From Eledone cirrhosa (lineage: Eukaryota), in the NCBI GenBank assembly GCA_964016885.1, contig OZ024740.1, positions 45,756,001 through 45,820,000 on the forward strand: a stretch of DNA of 64,000 bases, in the 5' to 3' direction. Positions 47,801-62,800 of the stretch are shown here, in pieces. Each line of letters begins with the position of its first letter. The first letter of the stretch is position 1. The position numbers and the translations under genes were made by a program. Under the pieces are notes generated by a model. That model had not been told where the DNA came from and made no database searches. It saw nothing but the letters and a program-made list of their open reading frames with translations.

Positions 47801-50800
47801 TGTCGTACAGCAAGAATTAGATCTACTGTCTGTTGTTTTATGTAACAAGATATTGATGTTGTACAGCAAGAATTAGACCTACTGTCTATTATTGTGTGTA
47901 ACAAGATATTGGTGTCGTACAACAAGAATTAGATCTACTGTCTATTGTTGTATGTAACAAGATATTGGTGTTGTACAGCAAGAATTAGATCTACTGTCTG
48001 TTGTTTTATCTAACAAGATATTGGTGTTGTACAGCAAGAATTAGGCCTACTGTCTATTGTTGTATGTAACAAGATATTGGTGTTGTACAGCAAGAATTAG
48101 ATCTACTGTCTATTGTTGTATGTAACAAGATATTGGTGTTGTACAGCAAGAATTAGGCCTACTGTCTGTTGTTGTATGTAACAAGATATTGGTGTTGTAC
48201 TGCAAGAATTAGACCTACTGTCTATTGTTGTATGTAACAAGATATTGGTGTTGTACAGCAAGAATTAGATCTACTGTCTGTTGTTGTATGTAACAAGATA
48301 TTGGTGTTGTACTGCAAGAATTAGACCTACTGTCTATTGTTGTATGTAACAAGATATTGGTGTTGTACAGCAAGAATTAGGCCTACTGTCTATTGTTGTG
48401 TGTAACAAGATATTGGTGTTGTACAGCAAGAATTAGACCTACTGTCTGTTGTTGTATGTAACAAGATATTGGTGTTGTACAGCAAGAATTAGACCTACTG
48501 TCTTTGTTGTATGTAACAAGATATTGGTGTTGTACAGCAAGAATTAGACCTACTGTCTATCGTTGTATATAACAAGATATTGGTGTTGTACAGCAAGAAT
48601 TAGATCTACTGTCTGTTGTTTTATGTAACAAGATATTGGTGTTGTACAGCAAGAATTAGACCTACTGTCTATTATTGTGTGTAACAAGATATTGGTGTCG
48701 TACAGCAAGAATTAGATCTACTGTCTGTTGTTTTATGTAACAAGATATTGATGTTGTACAGCAAGAATTAGACCTACTGTCTATTATTGTGTGTAACAAG
48801 ATATTGGTGTTGTACAGCAAGAATTAGATCTACTGTCTATTATTGTGTGTAACAAGATATTGGTGTTGTACAGCAAGAATTAGATCTACTGTCTGTTGTT
48901 GTGTGTAACAAGATATTGGTGTTGTACAGCAAGAATTAGATCTACTGTCTATTGTTGTATGTAAGAAGATATTGGTGTTGTACAGCAAGAATTAGACCTA
49001 CTGTCTGTTGTTGTGTGTAACAAGATATTGGTGTTGTACAGCAAGAATTAGATCTACTGTCTATTGTTGTATGTAACAAGACATTGGTGTTGTACAGCAA
49101 GAATTAGGCCTACTGTCTATTGTTGTAACAAGACATTGGTGTTGTACAGCAAGAATTAGACCTACTGTCTGTTGTTGTATGTAACAAGATATTGGTGTTG
49201 TACAGCAAGAATTAGACCTACTGTCTTTGTTGTATGTAACAAGATATTGGTGTTGTACAGCAAGAATTAGACCTACTGTCTATTGTTGTATGTAACAAGA
49301 TATTGGTGTTGTACAGCAAGAATTAGATCTACTGTCTATTGTTGTATGTAACAAGATATTGGTGTTGTACAGCAAGAATTAGATCTACTGTCTGTTGTTT
49401 TATGTAACAAGATATTGGTGTTGTACAGCAAGAATTAGACCTACTGTCTATTATTGTGTGTAACAAGATATTGGTGTCGTACAGCAAGAATTAGATCTAC
49501 TGTCTGTTGTTTTATGTAACAAGATATTGATGTTGTACAGCAAGAATTAGACCTACTGTCTATTATTGTGTGTAACAAGACGTTGGTGTTGTACAGCAAG
49601 AATTAGGCCTACTGTCTATTGTTGTATGTAACAAGACATTGGTGTTGTACAGCAAGAATTAGGCCTACTGTATATTGTTGTATGTAACAAGATATTGGTG
49701 TTGTACAGCAAGAATTAGGCCTACTGTCTATTGTTGTGTGTAACAAGATATTGGTGTTGTACAGCAAGAATTAGATCTACTGTCTATTGTTGTATGTAAG
49801 AAGATATTGGTGTTGTACAGCAAGAATTAGACCTACTGTCTGTTGTTGTGTGTAACAAGATATTGGTCTTGTACAGCAAGAATTAGATCTACTGTCTATT
49901 GTTGTATGTAACAAGACATTGGTGTTGTACAGCAAGAATTAGGCCTACTGTCTATTGTTGTAACAAGACATTGGTGTTGTACAGCAAGAATTAGACCTAC
50001 TGTCTGTTGTTGTATGTAACAAGATATTGGTGTTGTACAGCAAGAATTAGACCTACTGTCTTTGTTGTATGTAACAAGATATTGGTGCTGTACAGCAAGA
50101 ATTAGACCTACTGTCTATTGTTGTATGTAACAAGATATTGGTGTTGTACAGCAAGAATTAGATCTACTGTCTATTGTTGTATGTAACAAGATATTGGTGT
50201 TGTACAGCAAGAATTAGATCTACTGTCTGTTGTTTTATGTAACAAGATATTGGTGTTGTACAGCAAGAATTAGACCTACTGTTTATTATTGTGTGTAACA
50301 AGATATTGGTGTCGTACAGCAAGAATTAGATCTACTGTCTGTTGTTTTATGTAACAAGATATTGATGTTGTACAGCAAGAATTAGACCTACTGTCTATTA
50401 TTGTGTGTAACAAGATATTGGTGTCGTACAGCAAGAATTAGATCTACTGTCTATTGTTGTATGTAACAAGATATTTGTGTTGTACAGCAAGAATTAGGCC
50501 TACTGTCTGTTGTTGTATGTAACAAGATATTGGTGTTGTACTGCAAGAATTAGACCTACTGTCTATTGTTGTATGTAACAAGATATTGGTGTTGTACAGC
50601 AAGAATTAGATCTACTGTCTGTTGTTGTATGTAAGAAGATATTGGTGTTGTACAGCAAGAATTAGACCTACTGTCTGTTGTTGTGTGTAACAAGATATTG
50701 GTGTTGTACAGCAAGAATTAGATCTACTGTCTATTGTTGTATGTAACAAGATATTGGTGTTGTACAGCAAGAATTAGATATACTGTCTGTTGTTTTATGT

Positions 50801-53800
50801 AACAAGATATTGGTGTTGTACAGCAAGAATTAGACCTACTGTCTATTATTGTGTGTAACAAGATATTGGTGTTCTACAGCAAGAATTAGATCTACTGTGT
50901 GTTGTTGTGTGTAACAAGACATTGGTGTTGTACAGCAAGAATTAGATCTACTGTCTATTGTTGTATGTAAGAAGATATTGGTGTTGTACAGCAAGAATTA
51001 GACCTACTGTCTATTGTTGTATGTAACAAGATATTGGTGTTGTACAGCAAGAATTAGATCTACTGTCTATTGTCGTATGTAACAAGATATTGGTGTTGTA
51101 CAGCAAGAATTAGATCTACTGTCTGTTGTTTTATGTAACAAGATATTGGTGTTGTACAGCAAGAATTAGACCTACTGTCTATTATTGTGTGTAACAAGAT
51201 ATTGGTGTCGTACAGCAAGAATTAGATCTACTGTCTGTTGTTTTATGTAACAAGATATTGATGTTGTACAGCAAGAATTAGACCTACTGTCTATTATTGT
51301 GTGTAACAAGATATTGGTGTCGTACAGCAAGAATTAGATCTACTGTCTATTGTTGTATGTAACAAGATATTGGTGTTGTACAGCAAGAATTAGATCTACT
51401 GTCTGTTGTTTTATCTAACAAGATATTGGTGTTGTACAGCAAGAATTAGGCCTACTGTCTATTGTTGTATGTAACAAGATATTGGTGTTGTACAGCAAGA
51501 ATTAGATCTACTGTCTATTGTTGTATGTAACAAGATATTGGTGTTGTACAGCAAGAATTAGGCCTACTGTCTGTTGTTGTATGTAACAAGATATTGGTGT
51601 TGTACTGCAAGAATTAGACCTACTGTCTATTGTTGTATGTAACAAGATATTGGTGTTGTACAGCAAGAATTAGGCCTACTGTCTATTGTTGTGTGTAACA
51701 AGATATTGGTGTTGTACAGCAAGAATTAGACCTACTGTCTGTTGTTGTATGTAACAAGATATTGGTGTTGTACAGCAAGAATTAGACCTACTGTCTTTGT
51801 TGTATGTAACAAGATATTGGTGTTGTACAGCAAGAATTAGACCTACTGTCTATCGTTGTATGTAACAAGATATTGGTGTTGTACAGCAAGAATTAGATCT
51901 ACTGTCTGTTGTTTTATGTAACAAGATATTGGTGTTGTACAGCAAGAATTAGACCTACTGTCTATTATTGTGTGTAACAAGATATTGGTGTCGTACAGCA
52001 AGAATTAGATCTACTGTCTGTTGTTTTATGTAACAAGATATTGATGTTGTACAGCAAGAATTAGACCTACTGTCTATTATTGTGTGTAACAAGATATTGG
52101 TGTTGTACAGCAAGAATTAGATCTACTGTCTGTTGTTGTGTGTAACAAGATATTGGTGTTGTACAGCAAGAATTAGATCTACTGTCTATTGTTGTATGTA
52201 AGAAGATATTGGTGTTGTACAGCAAGAATTAGACCTACTGTCTGTTGTTGTGTGTAACAAGATATTGGTGTTGTACAGCAAGAATTAGATCTACTGTCTA
52301 TTGTTGTATGTAACAAGACATTGGTGTTGTACAGCAAGAATTAGGCCTACTGTCTATTGTTGTAACAAGACATTGGTGTTGTACAGCAAGAATTAGACCT
52401 ACTGTCTGTTGTTGTATGTAACAAGATATTGGTGTTGTACAGCAAGAATTAGACCTACTGTCTTTGTTGTATGTAACAAGATATTGGTGTTGTACAGCAA
52501 GAATTAGACCTACTGTCTATTGTTGTATGTAACAAGATATTGGTGTTGTACAGCAAGAATTAGATCTACTGTCTATTGTTGTATGTAACAAGATATTGGT
52601 GTTGTACAGCAAGAATTAGATCTACTGTCTGTTGTTTTATGTAACAAGATATTGGTGTTGTACAGCAAGAATTAGACCTACTGTCTATTATTGTGTGTAA
52701 CAAGATATTGGTGTCGTACAGCAAGAATTAGATCTACTGTCTGTTGTTTTATGTAACAAGATATTGATGTTGTACAGCAAGAATTAGACCTACTGTCTAT
52801 TATTGTGTGTAACAAGATATTGGTGTCGTACAACAAGAATTAGATCTACTGTCTATTGTTGTATGTAACAAGATATTGGTGTTGTACAGCAAGAATTAGA
52901 TCTACTGTCTGTTGTTTTATCTAACAAGATATTGGTGTTGTACAGCAAGAATTAGGCCTACTGTCTATTGTTGTATGTAACAAGATATTGGTGTTGTACA
53001 GCAAGAATTAGATCTACTGTCTATTGTTGTATGTAACAAGATATTGGTGTTGTACAGCAAGAATTAGGCCTACTGTCTGTTGTTGTATGTAACAAGATAT
53101 TGGTGTTGTACTGCAAGAATTAGACCTACTGTCTATTGTTGTATGTAACAAGATATTGGTGTTGTACAGCAAGAATTAGATCTACTGTCTGTTGTTGTAT
53201 GTAAGAAGATATTGGTGTTGTACAGCAAGAATTAGACCTACTGTCTGTTGTTGTGTGTAACAAGATATTGGTGTTGTACAGCAAGAATTAGATCTACTGT
53301 CTATTGTTGTATGTAACAAGATATTGGTGTTGTACAGCAAGAATTAGATATACTGTCTGTTGTTTTATGTAACAAGATATTGGTGTTGTACAGCAAGAAT
53401 TAGACCTACTGTCTATTATTGTGTGTAAGAAGATATTGGTGTTGTACAGCAAGAATTAGATCTACTGTGTGTTGTTGTGTGTAACAAGACATTGGTGTTG
53501 TACAGCAAGAATTAGATCTACTGTCTATTGTTGTATGTAAGAAGATATTGGTGTTGTACAGCAAGAATTAGATCTACTGTCTGTTGTTGTGTGTAACAAG
53601 ATATTGGTGTTGTACAGAAAGAATTAGATCTACTGTCTATTGTTGTATGTAAGAAGATATTGGTGTTGTACAGCAAGAATTAGACCTACTGTCTGTTGTT
53701 GTGTGTAACAAGATATTGGTGTTGTACAGCAAGAATTAGACCTACTGTCTGTTGTTCTATGTAACAAGACGTTGGTGTTGTACAGCAAGAATTAGGCCTA

Positions 53801-56800
53801 CTGTCTATTGTTGTATGTAACAAGATATTGGTGTTGTACTGCAAGAATTAGACCTACTGTCTATTGTTGTATGTAACAAGATATTGGTGTTGTACAGCAA
53901 GAATTAGATCTACTGTCTGTTGTTGTGTGTAACAAGATATTGGTGTTGTACAGCAAGAATTAGATCTACTGTCTATTGTTGTACGTAACAAGACGTTGGT
54001 TTTGTAGAGCTAGAATTAGATCTACTGTCTATTGTTGTATGTAACAAAACATTGGTGTTGTACAGCAAGAATTAGACCTACTGTCTGTTGTTGTATGTAA
54101 CAAGACGTTGGTGTTGTACAGCAAGAATTAGGCCTACTGTCTATTGTTGTATGTAACAAGACATTGGTGTTGTACAGCAAGAATTAGATCTACTGTCTAT
54201 TGTTGTATGTAACAAGATATTGGTGTTGTACAGCAAGAATTAGATCTACTGTCTGTTGTTTTATGTAACAAGATATTGGTGTTGTACAGCAAGAATTAGA
54301 CCTACTGTCTATTATTGTGTGTAACAAGATATTGGTGTCGTACAGCAAGAATTAGATCTACTGTCTGTTGTTTTTTGTAACAAGATATTGATGTTGTACA
54401 GCAAGAATTAGACCTAATGTCTATTATTGTGTGTAACAAGATATTGGTGTCGTACAGCAAGAATTAGATCTACTGTCTATTGTTGTATGTAACAAGATAT
54501 TGGTGTTGTACAGCAAGAATTAGATCTACTGTCTGTTGTTTTATCTAACAAGATATTGGTGTTGTACAGCAAGAATTAGACCTACTGTCTATTATTGTGT
54601 GTAACAAGATATTGGTGTTGTACAGCAAGAATTAGACCTACTGTCTATTATTGTGTGTAACAAGATATTGGTGTTGTACAGCAAGAATTAGATCTACTGT
54701 CTGTTGTTGTGTGTAACAAGATATTGGTGTTGTACAGCAAGAATTAGATCTACTGTCTATTGTTGTATGTAAGAAGATATTGGTGTTGTACAGCAAGAAT
54801 TAGATCTACTGTCTATTATTGTGTGTAACAAGATATTGGTGTCGTACAGCAAGAATTAGATCTACTGTCTGTTGTTTTATGTAACAAGATATTGATGTTG
54901 TACAGCAAGAATTAGACCTACTGTCTATTATTGTGTGTAACAAGATATTGGTGTTGTACAGCAAGAATTAGACCTACTGTCTATTATTGTGTGTAACAAG
55001 ATATTGGTGTTGTACAGCAAGAATTAGATCTACTGTCTGTTGTTGTGTGTAACAAGATATTGGTGTTGTACAGCAAGAATTAGATCTACTGTCTATTGTT
55101 GTATGTAAGAAGATATTGGTGTTGTACAGCAAGAATTAGACCTACTGTCTGTTGTTGTGTGTAACAAGATATTGGTGTTGTACAGCAAGAATTAGATCTA
55201 CTGTCTATTGTTGTATGTAACAAGACATTGGTGTTGTACAGCAAGAATTAGGCCTACTGTCTATTGTTGTAACAAGACATTGGTGTTGTACAGCAAGAAT
55301 TAGACCTACTGTCTGTTGTTGTATGTAACAAGATATTGGTGTTGTACAGCAAGAATTAGACCTACTGTCTTTGTTGTATGTAACAAGATATTGGTGTTGT
55401 ACATCAAGAATTAGACCTACTGTCTATTGTTGTATGTAACAAGATATTGGTGTTGTACAGCAAGAATTAGATCCACTGTCTATTGTTGTATGTAACAAGA
55501 TATTGGTGTTGTACAGCAAGAATTAGATCTACTGTCTGTTGTTTTATGTAACAAGATATTGGTGTTGTACAGCAAGAATTAGACCTACTGTCTATTATTG
55601 TGTGTAACAAGATATTGGTGTCGTACAGCAAGAATTAGATCTACTGTCTGTTGTTTTATGTAACAAGATATTGATGTTGTACAGCAAGAATTAGACCTAC
55701 TGTCTATTATTGTGTGTAACAAGATATTGGTGTCGTACAACAAGAATTAGATCTACTGTCTATTGTTGTATGTAACAAGATATTGGTGTTGTACAGCAAG
55801 AATTAGATCTACTGTCTGTTGTTTTATCTAACAAGATATTGGTGTTGTACAGCAAGAATTAGGCCTACTGTCTATTGTTGTATGTAACAAGATATTGGTG
55901 TTGTACAGCAAGAATTAGGCCTACTGTCTGTTGTTGTATGTAACAAGATATTGGTGTTGTACTGCAAGAATTAGACCTACTGTCTATTGTTGTATGTAAC
56001 AAGATATTGGTGTTGTACAGCAAGAATTAGATCTACTGTCTGTTGTTGTATGTAAGAAGATATTGGTGTTGTACAGCAAGAATTAGACCTACTGTCTGTT
56101 GTTGTGTGTAACAAGATATTGGTGTTGTACAGCAAGAATTAGATCTACTGTCTATTGTTGTATGTAACAAGATATTGGTGTTGTACAGCAAGAATTAGAT
56201 ATACTGTCTGTTGTTTTATGTAACAAGATATTGGTGTTGTACAGCAAGAATTAGACCTACTGTCTATTATTGTGTGTAACAAGATATTGGTGTTGTACAG
56301 CAAGAATTAGATCTACTGTGTGTTGTTGTGTGTAACAAGACATTGGTGTTGTACAGCAAGAATTAGATCTACTGTCTATTGTTGTATGTAAGAAGATATT
56401 GGTGTTGTACAGCAAGAATTAGATCTACTGTCTGTTGTTGTGTGTAACAAGATATTGGTGTTGTACAGCAAGAATTAGATCTACTGTCTATTGTTGTATG
56501 TAAGAAGATATTGGTGTTGTACAGCAAGAATTAGACCTACTATCTGTTGTTGTGTGTAACAAGATATTGGTGTTGTACAGCAAGAATTAGACCTACTGTC
56601 TGTTGTTCTATGTAACAAGACGTTGGTGTTGTACAGCAAGAATTAGGCCTACTGTCTATTGTTGTATGTAACAAGATATTGGTGTTGTACTGCAAGAATT
56701 AGACCTACTGTCTATTGTTGTATGTAACAAGATATTGGTGTTGTACAGCAAGAATTAGATCTACTGTCTGTTGTTGTGTGTAACAAGATATTGGTGTTGT

Positions 56801-59800
56801 ACAGCAAGAATTAGATCTACTGTCTATTGTTGTACGTAACAAGACGTTGGTTTTGTAGAGCTAGAATTAGATCTACTGTCTATTGTTGTATGTAACAAAA
56901 CATTGGTGTTGTACAGCAAGAATTAGACCTACTGTCTGTTGTTGTATGTAACAAGACGTTGGTGTTGTACAGCAAGAATTAGGCCTACTGTCTATTGTTG
57001 TATGTAACAAGACATTGGTGTTGTACAGCAAGAATTAGATCTACTGTCTATTGTTGTATGTAACAAGATATTGGTGTTGTACAGCAAGAATTAGATCTAC
57101 TGTCTGTTGTTTTATGTAACAAGATATTGGTGTTGTACAGCAAGAATTAGACCTACTGTCTATTATTGTGTGTAACAAGATATTGGTGTCGTACAGCAAG
57201 AATTAGATCTACTGTCTGTTGTTTTTTGTAACAAGATATTGATGTTGTACAGCAAGAATTAGACCTAATGTCTATTATTGTGTGTAACAAGATATTGGTG
57301 TCGTACAGCAAGAATTAGATCTACTGTCTATTGTTGTATGTAACAAGATATTGGTGTTGTACAGCAAGAATTAGATCTACTGTCTGTTGTTTTATCTAAC
57401 AAGATATTGGTGTTGTACAGCAAGAATTAGACCTACTGTCTATTATTGTGTGTAACAAGATATTGGTGTTGTACAGCAAGAATTAGACCTACTGTCTATT
57501 ATTGTGTGTAACAAGATATTGGTGTTGTACAGCAAGAATTAGATCTACTGTCTGTTGTTGTGTGTAACAAGATATTGGTGTTGTACAGCAAGAATTAGAT
57601 CTACTGTCTATTGTTGTATGTAAGAAGATATTGGTGTTGTACAGCAAGAATTAGACCTACTGTCTGTTGTTGTGTGTAACAAGATATTGGTGTTGTACAG
57701 CAAGAATTAGATCTACTGTCTATTGTTGTATGTAACAAGACATTGGTGTTGTACAGCAAGAATTAGGCCTACTGTCTATTGTTGTAACAAGACATTGGTG
57801 TTGTACAGCAAGAATTAGACCTACTGTCTGTTGTTGTATGTAACAAGATATTGGTGTTGTACAGCAAGAATTAGGCCTACTGTCTGTTGTTGTATGTAAC
57901 AAGATATTGGTGTCGTACAGCAAGAATTAGATCTACTGTCTGTTGTTTTATGTAACAAGATATTGATGTTGTACAGCAAGAATTAGACCTACTGTCTATT
58001 ATTGTGTGTAACAAGATATTGGTGTCGTACAACAAGAATTAGATCTACTGTCTATTGTTGTATGTAACAAGATATTGGTGTTGTACAGCAAGAATTAGAT
58101 CTACTGTCTGTTGTTTTATCTAACAAGATATTGGTGTTGTACAGCAAGAATTAGGCCTACTGTCTATTGTTGTATGTAACAAGATATTGGTGTTGTACAG
58201 CAAGAATTAGATCTACTGTCTATTGTTGTATGTAACAAGATATTGGTGTTGTACAGCAAGAATTAGGCCTACTGTCTGTTGTTGTATGTAACAAGATATT
58301 GGTGTTGTACTGCAAGAATTAGACCTACTGTCTATTGTTGTATGTAACAAGATATTGGTGTTGTACAGCAAGAATTAGATCTACTGTCTGTTGTTGTATG
58401 TAAGAAGATATTGGTGTTGTACAGCAAGAATTAGATCTACTGTGTGTTGTTGTGTGTAACAAGACATTGGTGTTGTACAGCAAGAATTAGATCTACTGTC
58501 TATTGTTGTATGTAAGAAGATATTGGTGTTGTACAGCAAGAATTAGATCTACTGTCTGTTGTTGTGTGTAACAAGATATTGGTGTTGTACAGCAAGAATT
58601 AGATCTACTGTCTATTGTTGTATGTAAGAAGATATTGGTGTTGTACAGCAAGAATTAGACCTACTGTCTGTTGTTGTGTGTAACAAGATATTGGTGTTGT
58701 ACAGCAAGAATTAGACCTACTGTCTGTTGTTCTATGTAACAAGACGTTGGTGTTGTACAGCAAGAATTAGGCCTACTGTCTATTGTTGTATGTAACAAGA
58801 TATTGGTGTTGTACTGCAAGAATTAGACCTACTGTCTATTGTTGTATGTAACAAGATATTGGTGTTGTACAGCAAGAATTAGATCTACTGTCTGTTGTTG
58901 TGTGTAACAAGATATTGGTGTTGTACAGCAAGAATTAGATCTACTGTCTATTGTTGTATGTAACAAGACGTTGGTTTTGTAGAGCTAGAATTAGATCTAC
59001 TGTCTATTGTTGTATGTAACAAACCATTGGTGTTGTACAGCAAGAATTAGACCTACTGTCTGTTGTTGTATGTAACAAGACGTTGGTGTTGTACAGCAAG
59101 AATTAGGCCTACTGTCTATTGTTGTATGTAACAAGACATTGGTGTTGTACAGCAAGAATTAGGCCTACTGTCTATTGTTGTATGTAAGAAGATATTGGTG
59201 TTGTACAGCAAGAATTAGATCTACTGTCTAGTGTTGTGTGTAACAAGATATTGGTGTTGTACAGCAAGAATTAGGCCTACTGTCTGTTGTTGTATGTAAC
59301 AAGACATTGGTGTTGTACAGCAAGAATTAGACCTACTGTCTATTGTTGTATGTAACAAGATATTGGTGTTGTACAGCAAGAATTAGACCTACTGTCTATT
59401 ATTGTGTGTAACAAGATATTGGCGTCGTACAGCAAGAATTAGATCTACTGTCTGTTGTTTTATGTAACAAGATATTGGTGTTGAACACCAAGAATTAGGC
59501 CTACTGTCTGTTGTTGTATGTAACAAGATATTGGTGTTGTACAGCAAGAATTAGACCTACTGTCTGTTGTTCTATGTAACAAGACGTTGGTGTTGTACAG
59601 CAAGAATTAGGCCTACTGTCTATTGTTGTATGTAACAAGACATTGGTGTTGTACAGCAAGAATTAGATCTACTGTCTATTGTTGTATGTAACAAGATATT
59701 GGTGTTGTACAGCAAGAATTAGGCCTACTGTCTATTGTTGTGTGTAACAAGATATTGGTGTTGTACAGCAAGAATTAGACCAACTGTCTGTTGTTGTATG

Positions 59801-62800
59801 TAACAAGATATTGGTGTTGTACAGCAAGAATTAGACCTACTGTCTTTGTTGTATGTAACAAGATATTGGTGTTGTACAGCAAGAATTAGACCTACTGTCT
59901 ATCGTTGTATGTAACAATATATTGGTGTTGTACAGCAAGAATTAGATCTACTGTCTGTTGTTTTATGTAACAAGATATTGGTGTTGTACAGCAAGAATTA
60001 GACCTACTGTCTATTATTGTGTGTAACAAGATATTGGTGTCGTACAGCAAGAATTAGATCTACTGTCTGTTGTTTTATGTAACAAGATATTGATGTTGTA
60101 CAGCAAGAATTAGACCTACTGTCTATTATTGTGTGTAACAAGATATTGGTGTCGTACAGCAAGAATTAGATCTACTGTCTGTTGTTTTATGTAACAATAT
60201 ATTGGTGTTGTACAGCAAGAATTAGGCCTACTGTCTATTGTTGTATGTAACAAGATATTGGTGTTGTACAGCAAGAATTAGATCTACTCTCTATTGTTGT
60301 ATGTAACAAGATATTGGTGTTGTACAGCAAGAATTAGGCCTACTGTCTGTTGTTGTATGTAACAAGATATTGGTGTTGTACAGCAAGAATTAGATCTACT
60401 GTCTGTTGTTGTGTGTAACAAGATATTGGTGTTGTACAGCAAGAATTAGATCTACTGTCTATTGTTGTATGTAAGAAGATATTGGTGTTGTACAGCAAGA
60501 ATTAGACCTACTGTCTGTTGTTGTGTGTAACAAGATATTGGTGTTGTACAGCAAGAATTAGATCTACTATCTATTGTTGTATGTAAGAAGATATTGGTGT
60601 TGTACAGCAAGAATTAGATATACTGTCTGTTGTTTTATGTAACAGGATATTGGTGTTGTACAGCAAGATTTAGACCTACTGTCTATTATTGTGTGTAACA
60701 AGATATTGGTGTTGTACAGCAAGAATTAGATCTACTCTCTGTTGTTGTGTGTAACAAGACATTGGTGTTGTACAGCAAGAATTAGATCTACTGTCTATTG
60801 TTGTATGTAAGAAGATATTGGTGTTGTACAGCAAGAATTAGATCTACTGTCTGTTGTTGTGTGTAACAAGATATTGGTGTTGTACAGCAAGAATTAGATC
60901 TACTGTCTATTGTTGTATGTAAGAAGATATTGGTGTTGTACAGCAAGAATTAGACCTACTGTCTGTTGTTGTGTGTAACAAGATATTGGTGTTGTACAGC
61001 AAGAATTAGATCTACTGTCTATTGTTGTATGTAACAAGACATTGGTGTTGTACAGCAAGAATTAGGCCTACTGTCTATTGTTGTAACAAGACATTGGTGT
61101 TGTACAGCAAGAATTAGACCTACTGTCTGTTGTTGTATGTAACAAGATATTGGTGTTGTACAGCAAGAATTAGACCTACTGTCTTTGTTGTATGTAACAA
61201 GATATTGGTGTTGTACAGCAAGAATTAGACCTACTGTCTATTGTTGTATGTAACAAGATATTGGTGTTGTACAGCAAGAATTAGATCTACTGTCTATTGT
61301 TGTATGTAACAAGATATTGGTGTTGTACAGCAAGAATTAGATCTACTGTCTGTTGTTTTATGTAACAAGATATTGGTGTTGTACAGCAAGAATTAGACCT
61401 ACTGTCTATTATTGTGTGTAACAAGATATTGGTGTCGTACAGCAAGAATTAGATCTACTGTCTGTTGTTTTATGTAATAAGATATTGATGTTGTACAGCA
61501 AGAATTAGACCTACTGTCTATTATTGTGTGTAACAAGATATTGGTGTCGTAAGCAAGAATTAGATCTACTGTCTATTGTTGTATGTAACAAGATATTGGT
61601 GTTGTACAGCAAGAATTAGATCTACTGTCTGTTGTTTTATGTAACAAGATATTGGTGTTGTACAGCAAGAATTAGGCCTACTGTCTATTGTTGTATGTAA
61701 CAAGATATTGGTGTTGTACAGCAAGAATTAGATCTACTGTCTATTGTTGTATGTAACAAGATATTGGTGTTGTACAGCAAGAATTAGGCCTACTGTCTAT
61801 TGTTGTATGTAACAAGATATTGGTGTTGTACTGCAAGAATTAGACCTACTGTCTATTGTTGTATGTAACAAGATATTGGTGTTGTACAGCATTAATTAGA
61901 TCTACTGTCTGTTGTTGTGTGTAACAAGATATTGGTGTTGTACAGCAAGAATTAGATCTACTGTCTATTGTTGTATGTAAGAAGATATTGGTGTTGTACA
62001 GCAAGAATTAGACCTACTGTCTGTTGTTGTGTGTAACAAGATATTGGTGTTGTACAGCAAGAATTAGATCTACTGTCTATTGTTGTATGTAAGAAGATAT
62101 TGGTGTTGTACAGCAAGAATTAGATATACTGTCTGTTGTTTTATGTAACAAGATATTGGTGTTGTACAGCAAGAATTAGACCTACTGTCTATTATTGTGT
62201 GTAACAAGATATCGGTGTTGTACAGCAAGAATTAGATCTACTGTCTGTTGTTGTGTGTAACAAGACACTGGTGTTGTACAGCAATAATTAGATCTACTGT
62301 CTATTGTTGTATGTAAGAAGATATTGGTGTTGTACAGCAAGAATTAGATCTACTGTCTGTTGTTGTGTGTAACAAGATATTGGTGTTGTACAGCAAGAAT
62401 TAGATCTACTGTCTATTGTTGTATGTAAGAAGATATTGGTGTTGTACAGCAAGAATTAGACCTACTGTCTGTTGTTGTGTGTAACAAGATATTGGTGTTG
62501 TACAGCAAGAATTAGATCTACTGTCTATTGTTGTATGTAACAAGACATTGGTGTTGTACAGCAAGAATTAGGCCTACTGTCTATTGTTGTAACAAGACAT
62601 TGGTGTTGTACAGCAAGAATTAGACCTACTGTCTGTTGTTGTATGTAACAAGATATTGGTGTTGTACAGCAAGAATTAGACCTACTGTCTTTGTTGTATG
62701 TAACAAGATATTGGTGTTGTACAGCAAGAATTAGACCTACTGTCTATTGTTGTATGTAACAAGATATTGGTGTTGTACAGCAAGAATTAGATCTACTGTC